Sequence record: NC_049977.1
Source of the DNA: Bacteroides phage crAss001
Length of the DNA: 32,000 nt
Strand: one strand, 5' to 3'
In this document: piece by piece, positions 26,191 to 32,000 of the stretch
Position numbering within the stretch: position 1 is the stretch's first letter
Layout: each line of letters begins with the position of its first letter
Notes under the pieces: generated by a model
The model's database searches: none
Seen by the model: only the letters and a program-made list of their open reading frames with translations
Told to the model about the DNA's origin: nothing
Position numbers and translations under genes: made by a program

Positions 26191-27609
26191 TTATTGTTCT
26201 TCAAACTTATTCTGCAAGCCTTCTAAAGCTGCAATATAAGTTAGGAAATGTTCTGACCAACCACTAATCTCAGCAGTCCATCTACCTCTATAATTCACTC
26301 CCTTTGTATTGGCTGACACATCACAAATGTAATTGTAAGTACCAAAAGGCTCAGGAAGGATAGACTTATGATAGTGGTAATCCATATCCTGTGAATCTGA
26401 GAAAATGATGATTCTATCAAAATGAACACCTTTAAACTTAGCTTTACACCAGTCTAAACATTGTTTAGTGAATATACCTCCACCACCAATATTATTTCTT
26501 GTGTCCGTGATTTGCTTGAATACACCAAATCCTTTTTGAGGATATTTGATATGTTCAGATGCTTGCTTGCTTAGAGCATCACTACCTGCTGTAGTCACAA
26601 GTTCATAGTCCTCACACTGATTAATAGCTAACATAGCCATTGCACATGCTTGGTCCATTCTGTTGAACTGTGATTGACCAGAAGTAAGACTATCCATAGA
26701 ACCACTGACATCTACTATAAACAAGGTTTTACCCGGAAGTTTAGGTAGATTCTTGTATGATTCTAACATAGCATCCTCAATATTCCTACTAAACTCAGGA
26801 TTCATTCTTTCAGCTTTCAAGAAGTCAAGAGGCAATAACATTGATGATTTAAGTTTTGTCAATCCCTCAACAATAACTCTTCTATCCACATCTGCTTTCT
26901 TCATGTTATTTATGTTTCTCAACATAGCCAGACCACCAATCTTATTCTCAAAGATTAGTTTAGTCCAAGTTTCTTTCCTATCTTCACCAGCAGACAATAA
27001 CACTTCCCATGTTTCAGGTGGTGTAAGAGTTCTGTCAGCTACTTTCTTGAATAACTTGGTTTCATAATCATTGTTTGGCTTAGGTCTACATAAGAACATA
27101 ACATCTCTCAGTTTAATGGCTGCATTCCTGTCATATTTAGCCAACTTATACTCATTGAAATTATGAAAGGCAGCACTTAATCCTTTCTTAGCTTGGTTGC
27201 AGATGGGCTTTTTACCATCCTTCCAATATAATGCCAAGAAATCTGTAAGCATATCAGCCCTTGTAATAATCTTAGGCAACAAATCAGCCACAAATAGCTT
27301 ATGTTCAGGATATTTACACATTTCTACTGCTATAAACAGAGGTGTATGTCTCAGCTTCTGCATTAATCTTGCTTCAAGAGCAATATTGTACACATCAATG
27401 GCAGGACACAAAGGTATTAACCTCTTGATTTCCTCTGCCACCTTAAGACCATCCATATATGCAACATCTTCCCAAAGAAGATTAGCTAATACTGCTCTTC
27501 TCAATAATGCTACATTACTCTGTTTAGCTGCCAATGCACCTGAACCACCAGCCAATCTTTCTGTATCCAACTTTGAAGTTGGCTTCACTAATGGATTTAA
27601 CTTTCCCAT
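26191..27609 (-). CDS. TROVE-domain Ro60/Rsr-like RNA-binding ring protein
   Basis: LRHTPLFIAVEMCK, KKGLSAAFHNFNEYKLAKYDRNAAIKLRDVMFLCRPKP (TROVE repeats), C-terminal vWA with MIDAS KTLFIVDVSGSMDS. Confidence 0.9.
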   Translation of the reverse strand: MGKLNPLVKPTSKLDTERLAGGSGALAAKQSNVALLRRAVLANLLWEDVAYMDGLKVAEEIKRLIPLCPAIDVYNIALEARLMQKLRHTPLFIAVEMCKYPEHKLFVADLLPKIITRADMLTDFLALYWKDGKKPICNQAKKGLSAAFHNFNEYKLAKYDRNAAIKLRDVMFLCRPKPNNDYETKLFKKVADRTLTPPETWEVLLSAGEDRKETWTKLIFENKIGGLAMLRNINNMKKADVDRRVIVEGLTKLKSSMLLPLDFLKAERMNPEFSRNIEDAMLESYKNLPKLPGKTLFIVDVSGSMDSLTSGQSQFNRMDQACAMAMLAINQCEDYELVTTAGSDALSKQASEHIKYPQKGFGVFKQITDTRNNIGGGGIFTKQCLDWCKAKFKGVHFDRIIIFSDSQDMDYHYHKSILPEPFGTYNYICDVSANTKGVNYRGRWTAEISGWSEHFLTYIAALEGLQNKFEEQ

Positions 27610-27738
27610 AGAATTGTTTCTTTATTTAATTTACACTGCAAAGATATGTCAAAGGTTTCATATATGCAAATATATTTCCACCTTTAACATTCCTTTATTA
27701 TTTAATACCAAATCTCAGGCAAATAATCATTGCCATAC

Positions 27739-28158
27739 TCAAATGTAGTCTCCATCTAAGTCTGGGTGTTTATAAATTAAGAACCTACAAGCACAGCATA
27801 CTACTAAATGTTGTACACCTGTTGCAGCCAGTACTCCTATTACTATTAGATTCCAATCAGGTAATGATTCCCAATTAAATAACCATAATGCACATAAGAA
27901 GAATGTTATCCATGTAGTACTACAATAGATACAGAAACCAAGAGGATAAGCAATGAAACCTAAGAATCTATGCCATATATTAGGTGTATGACACCCATCT
28001 ATATCACAATACATCTCTGACTTCTTTACCCATTTCTTGAGTATTACATACCACCAGTGGAATATCATATCTTCCACCTTTAAACAATTTCTGTAGAAGA
28101 TTCCTAATAATCCTCCTACAAGTCCTACCAACATACATTCAAATACCAGTTGTGCCAT
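27739..28158 (-). CDS. multi-TM membrane protein
   Basis: Several hydrophobic segments with Cys-rich FCIYCSTTW. Confidence 0.65.
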   Translation of the reverse strand: MAQLVFECMLVGLVGGLLGIFYRNCLKVEDMIFHWWYVILKKWVKKSEMYCDIDGCHTPNIWHRFLGFIAYPLGFCIYCSTTWITFFLCALWLFNWESLPDWNLIVIGVLAATGVQHLVVCCACRFLIYKHPDLDGDYI

Positions 28159-28441
28159 AGTGTTTTTCTTTTAAAGTTCTTGAAATTCTTTCTACCATTA
28201 ATACATCAGAGTAAGGTATCTCTGTGTATAAAACTGTCATCCTGTGACATAAGTCAGCTAAGTCACTACTATCTTCCTTAGCTAATACTTTAGCTCTCTT
28301 TTGAGCTGGTGTATCAGGGAAGTTAATATTGAACAGGTACATAACCATAGCCACTACTACTAATAGGGGACTAATGATTGTCACAATGGAGCCAAGAAGG
28401 ACTACCTTAATGAGTCTCCAGAAGAAGTTAGAATTATTCAT
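28139..28441 (-). CDS. membrane-anchored hypothetical protein
   Basis: N-terminal TM segment VVLLGSIVTIISPLLVVVAMVMYLF. Confidence 0.6.
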   Translation of the reverse strand: MNNSNFFWRLIKVVLLGSIVTIISPLLVVVAMVMYLFNINFPDTPAQKRAKVLAKEDSSDLADLCHRMTVLYTEIPYSDVLMVERISRTLKEKHYGTTGI

Positions 28442-28820
28442 GTGATTTATTTAGTTATTAAAGAATTATCTCTTGAGCATTTCTTGTGATTTACAAGGTA
28501 GAAATGTCTGACAGCCCATAACACCCTTTATGGCTTACCTATTAGCACTCAGGTTCTTATTATTTACCCATCCTAAAGACCTTTGAGAAAGAAAGCTATG
28601 CAGTGGACTAACAAGGGATTGAACCATTGCAGTTGAATCAATTAGCTCTCCAGACACTAAAGGTTTAAATTTCCCAAACCAGTAATCTATTAGTTCTGTC
28701 TATCCTTGCAAAGACTTTCAGAACCTTTTCAATTACCTACCTGTGGAGTTGTTATTCCTAAGTAGCATCATCAACTGTTACAAAATGTGCACCTCTTGTA
28801 TTTATTAGCCCATAATTTGT

Positions 28821-28844
28821 ACCCCCAAGAGGGCTTGAACCTCT
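28821..28844 (-). other. orphan tRNA 3'-half-like sequence (T arm plus acceptor strand)
   Basis: Minus strand AGAGG-TTCAAGC-CCTCT-TGGGGGT, overlapping the HNH stop codon. Confidence 0.45.
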
Positions 28845-29332
28845 TATACCCCTTTATAGGTGGAGTTATTTAATATTTGTTGAATAGCAGACCTCGTAAC
28901 ATTATAAATAGAAGCTATCTTGTACTGAGACAAATGTTCTTCATTATATAATCTTCTAATCTCTGCAATATCTTCATCATTAAATCTTCCATTCTTTGTT
29001 ACTAATCCCTTAGATGGAATTTTAAGACCTGTATCAAAAGCATGAATAACATTTTGTGATGATGTACACCATTCTAAGTTATTAACACTATTATTAGTCT
29101 TGTCTCCATCTATATGATTTATTTGTTCTTTATTGTTTGGATTAGGTATCCAAGCTGTAGCTACTAATCTGTGTACAGTAAAAGTTTTACACTTACCACC
29201 TATACTTAAATTAACCATCATGTAGCCTCTTGGACCTACTCTTTGTTGTAAGTATTTATTTCTTTTATGACTATATACCCTACCATCAATGCTTACTGAA
29301 TAATTATTACCTATTGATTTTAATTCTTCCAT
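28844..29332 (-). CDS. NUMOD4/HNH homing endonuclease with C-terminal helix-turn-helix
   Basis: YSVSIDGRVYSHK; TVHRLVATAWIPNPNNKEQINHIDGDKTNNSVNNLEWCTSSQNVIHA; LSQYKIASIYNVTRSAIQQIL. Confidence 0.9.
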   Translation of the reverse strand: MEELKSIGNNYSVSIDGRVYSHKRNKYLQQRVGPRGYMMVNLSIGGKCKTFTVHRLVATAWIPNPNNKEQINHIDGDKTNNSVNNLEWCTSSQNVIHAFDTGLKIPSKGLVTKNGRFNDEDIAEIRRLYNEEHLSQYKIASIYNVTRSAIQQILNNSTYKGV

Positions 29333-29348
29333 ATTATTATCTCTTTTG

Positions 29349-29420
29349 TGTCCTCACCCAGAGTCGAACTGGGGTCTATTTCTTAGGAGGAAATTGTTCT
29401 ATCCACTGAACTATGAGGGC
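29349..29420 (-). tRNA. tRNA-Arg(CCU)
   Basis: GCCCTCA TA GTTCAGTGGATAGAAC A ATTTC-CTCCTAA-GAAAT AGAC CCCAG-TTCGACT-CTGGG TGAGGAC A; one acceptor mismatch (C2-A71). Confidence 0.9.
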
Positions 29421-29483
29421 AGAATGTAGCCATGTTTCACAACATAGCTACTCCAATCTAATTAACCTTATATAAACACATAC

Positions 29484-30224
29484 CTAAAACAACAAATTCA
29501 ATTCATCAAACAACAGTTTGGCTGCTTCCTTGGCATCCTGTGCATTCTTGAAGTACACAATACCTGCATATTGTACAGTTCTGTGTTCATAGATTGCAAT
29601 GCCATCAGTCAGATTTACCTGTTGTGCTACTGCTGAACCACCCATAGAAGATTTGCCAATGAAATAACCAGTCTTGCCAGCTTTCATTTCCCAACTACCA
29701 TTGTAGTATTTAGCAATGATAGCCATCTTATGAAGAGTATTCCACTTGTGTTCCTCTGCATTGGGCACATTACACCAAGTACTCAACAGGCTCACTTTAC
29801 TTTTCATGTAATTGTAACCAGCCAGTTCACTCTCAGAGTAAGCCTTCAATGCAATTGCTTTAAGAGCATTGTTACCACTCTTGTACCATTCCCTTGCTTC
29901 TTCAAGAGATATGGCAACATTTCTTTTCTCTTCCATGTTATTTCTTTGTTTATCAATGTCAAAATCACTTCCAGTACATTGGTTCATTACCTTTCCATTC
30001 AATAAGAAAGGTTCTATGACCTTAAGTTTGATACCATTTTGAACCTCACAAGAGTTCTTGTCCCATCCTACTACCTGCATAGCAGTAGAATATCTTTTGT
30101 CCTTAATCATATCTCCTGCTTGGATATTATCAAAAGGACACAAGAACATGTATTGTTTCATCTTTCTTGTCTCTGAATAACCCAGTTTTTGGTCTGTATA
30201 GACCACATAAATTGTCCGTACCAT
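29484..30224 (-). CDS. hypothetical protein
   Basis: Long ORF; contains SLEEAREWYKSGNNALKAIALKAYSESEL. Confidence 0.75.
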   Translation of the reverse strand: MVRTIYVVYTDQKLGYSETRKMKQYMFLCPFDNIQAGDMIKDKRYSTAMQVVGWDKNSCEVQNGIKLKVIEPFLLNGKVMNQCTGSDFDIDKQRNNMEEKRNVAISLEEAREWYKSGNNALKAIALKAYSESELAGYNYMKSKVSLLSTWCNVPNAEEHKWNTLHKMAIIAKYYNGSWEMKAGKTGYFIGKSSMGGSAVAQQVNLTDGIAIYEHRTVQYAGIVYFKNAQDAKEAAKLLFDELNLLF

Positions 30225-30234
30225 AGTTTATTGA

Positions 30235-30501
30235 TTATTTAAGTTCTTCATCAATATCATTGAGATACTTACATAATGTAAGCACCTCAAGTTCTTCTTT
30301 GTTAATAGTTTTATAACACACAAATATAAGTGCAGCCACAAGCATTATACCATAAAAGAAATATCCTTGGTCATAAATACTATCTACACCCATCATGAAT
30401 ATCATGGTTACAAGGATAGTAATGTATAATAACATACCCTTGAATATCATTTTGATTGTCTTCATTCTCCTGCTCCTTTCTGGTCTATCATGAATACCCA
30501 T
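30235..30501 (-). CDS. small membrane protein
   Basis: ORF with two TM segments. Confidence 0.6.
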   Translation of the reverse strand: MGIHDRPERSRRMKTIKMIFKGMLLYITILVTMIFMMGVDSIYDQGYFFYGIMLVAALIFVCYKTINKEELEVLTLCKYLNDIDEELK

Positions 30502-30562
30502 GAAAAGAATGCAATAAACATTATTATGGTTACTACATTCTCAGTATTTATCATGTCTTCCA

Positions 30563-30769
30563 TTATCTTTTTCTTTTATATTTATTGAACTCTTTTCTTG
30601 CAATATCACCTTTCTTGAAGGTCTGCATTGTGATGCTATTGTCTGATGCAATTACTATTGACCATTCAAAAGCATGTGTCCCAAACAGTGAAACTGTTCT
30701 ACCCAAACTATCTGTAACTGTAGCTCTCAATGTAGAGTCACAATTCTCTCTTTTAAATTTCTTAGCCAT
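30563..30769 (-). CDS. hypothetical protein (true start MAKKFKREN...)
   Basis: ORF in track starts inside a tRNA-like gene; the internal Met at 30769 is more plausible. Confidence 0.55.
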   Translation of the reverse strand: MAKKFKRENCDSTLRATVTDSLGRTVSLFGTHAFEWSIVIASDNSITMQTFKKGDIARKEFNKYKRKR

Positions 30770-30798
30770 GTGTTTATAAGTTAATTTGTTAATAATTG

Positions 30799-30889
30799 AA
30801 GCACATACTGGATTTGAACCAGTGACCCTCACAATAACTACCTTTAATTAATCATTAATGTGATGCTCTAACCACTGAGCTAATGTGCC
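30799..30889 (-). tRNA. tRNA or tRNA-like gene with a 25-nt anticodon loop, identity undetermined
   Basis: Acceptor GGCACAT/ATGTGCT; D arm GCTC-AGTGGTTA-GAGC; anticodon stem TCACA/TGTGA enclosing TTAATGATTAATTAAAGGTAGTTAT; T arm ACTGG-TTCAAAT-CCAGT. Confidence 0.75.
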
Positions 30890-31807
30890 TTTGATTATTG
30901 ATGTTATTATATCAACCCATGTACTCTTCCTTAAATAGGCTGACTGTCTTTTTAGTTTTCCTTTACTCGGTTAATAGATATGAGTCCCTCTGGAGTGCTG
31001 GATTACCTCTTCTGTTGATAATTATGTCTAAGTATTAACACTACTGACTTTTGTCTCAAGCAGGATTTACAGGATACCATTCTCTACATATTATTTCATC
31101 TTTCAGGTGGATGTTTGTTTAGTCCCCTAAGTGGTCAACACTTACAATATAATCCCATCAAATATCTTATTTAAACTTTTACTAAGTCAGATATGTCAAA
31201 GTATTCAACACTGTTCTTCATTTTTACTTTAACAGTACTATAACATATCTTTAAAACTGTCCCATATCCATAAATTAAGTGGAATACTTTATCTCCTTCT
31301 GTCATCTCTGTAAAAAGCTATGTAAATTATTATATTAGTTATTTCTTAACACATTTTAATGGTATGTGTTCTGTCAAATGCTACTATTATTCACACTTGA
31401 TTGCCTAAATTAGCCCATTGGTATGCTCACTATGTGTATATTTAGAGCATAAAATGTGCCCAATTAAACAATAATACACTCTGTTCATAAAGATTAGAAC
31501 AGTAAATCCAGTTATTCTATTACTCCTCTTTGGTTAAAAGAAGAATGTAGAAAAGACATTTGAGACACTATTCTTTATACACTCAAATACAAGCTCTAAT
31601 GTAATAAGATTAACTACTTAAAGCATACATCATTCATCAAAGTACTATTAATACTCAACAATAAATGATGTTAATGATATTAACACTCCAGAAGAGATAA
31701 GTAATAATAAGCTGGAAAAGCCTATAAACTATATCACTTCTGGAGATACCAAACACTATTAATGATAGAAAGAACATCTATTAATGCTCAGAAGAATAGA
31801 AAGAAAG

Positions 31808-31823
31808 AGGGCAAATGCCCTCC
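31808..31823 (-). terminator. hairpin terminator after the right-edge CDS
   Basis: Minus strand GAGGGC-ATTT-GCCCTC followed by TTTCTTTCT. Confidence 0.7.
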
Positions 31824-31828
31824 TCCAT

Positions 31829-32000
31829 TAGAATGTTGCCAACACTGGTGCACCACCTGTGCCTTCTTCATGCAATAACCAGAATGAGCTACCATCAGGT
31901 GCTTCAACATTTGACACCATTGGATGTGCAGGAATACCCTTCACTGCAACTGCTCCAGTCTTTGCACCAAATGTGAAGAACAACTTGTTGGTCTTAGGAT
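31829..32000 (-). CDS. 3' end of a hypothetical protein (...PKTNKLFFTFGAKTGAVAVKGIPAHPMVSNVEAPDGSSFWLLHEEGTGGAPVLATF*), extends past the window
   Basis: Hand-translated open frame across the right edge with stop at 31829-31831, followed by a terminator. Confidence 0.7.

Noticed and set aside
26753-27748. Plus-strand ORFs 26753..27067 and 27197..27748
   Set aside because: Antisense to the well-supported TROVE/Ro60-like gene and without recognisable motifs; shadow ORFs.
28605-28640. A complete tRNA around the T-arm-like GCAATGGTTCAATCCCTTG
   Set aside because: T stem has mismatches and no matching acceptor or D arm could be found nearby.
30770-30832. N-terminus MRVTGSNPVCASIINKLTYKH of the ORF-track protein 30563..30832
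   Set aside because: MRVTGSNPVCA is the translation of a tRNA T arm/3' end (30799-30832); coding sequence more likely starts at 30769.

Overview
AT-rich window in which every supportable gene is on the minus strand. It looks like the replication/nucleotide-metabolism arm of a large tailed phage, probably with a Bacteroidota host (inference from A-rich leaders and gene content; no database search was run). In transcription order (high to low coordinate) it holds: the 3' end of a partial CDS; a ~0.9 kb ORF-free stretch; a tRNA-like gene with an enlarged anticodon loop; small membrane/hypothetical genes; tRNA-Arg(CCU); an HNH homing endonuclease; a TROVE/Ro60-like protein followed by ~0.8 kb of non-coding DNA; an SPFH/band-7 plus glucosaminidase membrane block; SF2 helicase, DnaB-like ATPase, RecA/AAA-like ATPase and TOPRIM primase; a ubiquitin-like cassette (Ub-like, candidate E2-like, JAMM and ThiF/E1 proteins); uracil-DNA glycosylase; PD-(D/E)XK nucleases; B12-dependent ribonucleotide reductase; dUTPase; a second HNH endonuclease; a retropepsin-like protease; and family A DNA polymerase. 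The two most interesting systems are (1) the phage-encoded ubiquitin-conjugation-like/PRTRC-like cassette at 9.9-15.1 kb and (2) the Ro60-like gene with two downstream non-coding RNA candidates. These have perfect tRNA acceptor and T arms but ~65-70 nt of extra sequence in the anticodon region, and the region carries a five-copy ~24-nt motif. They are candidate tRNA-mimicking Y RNAs.
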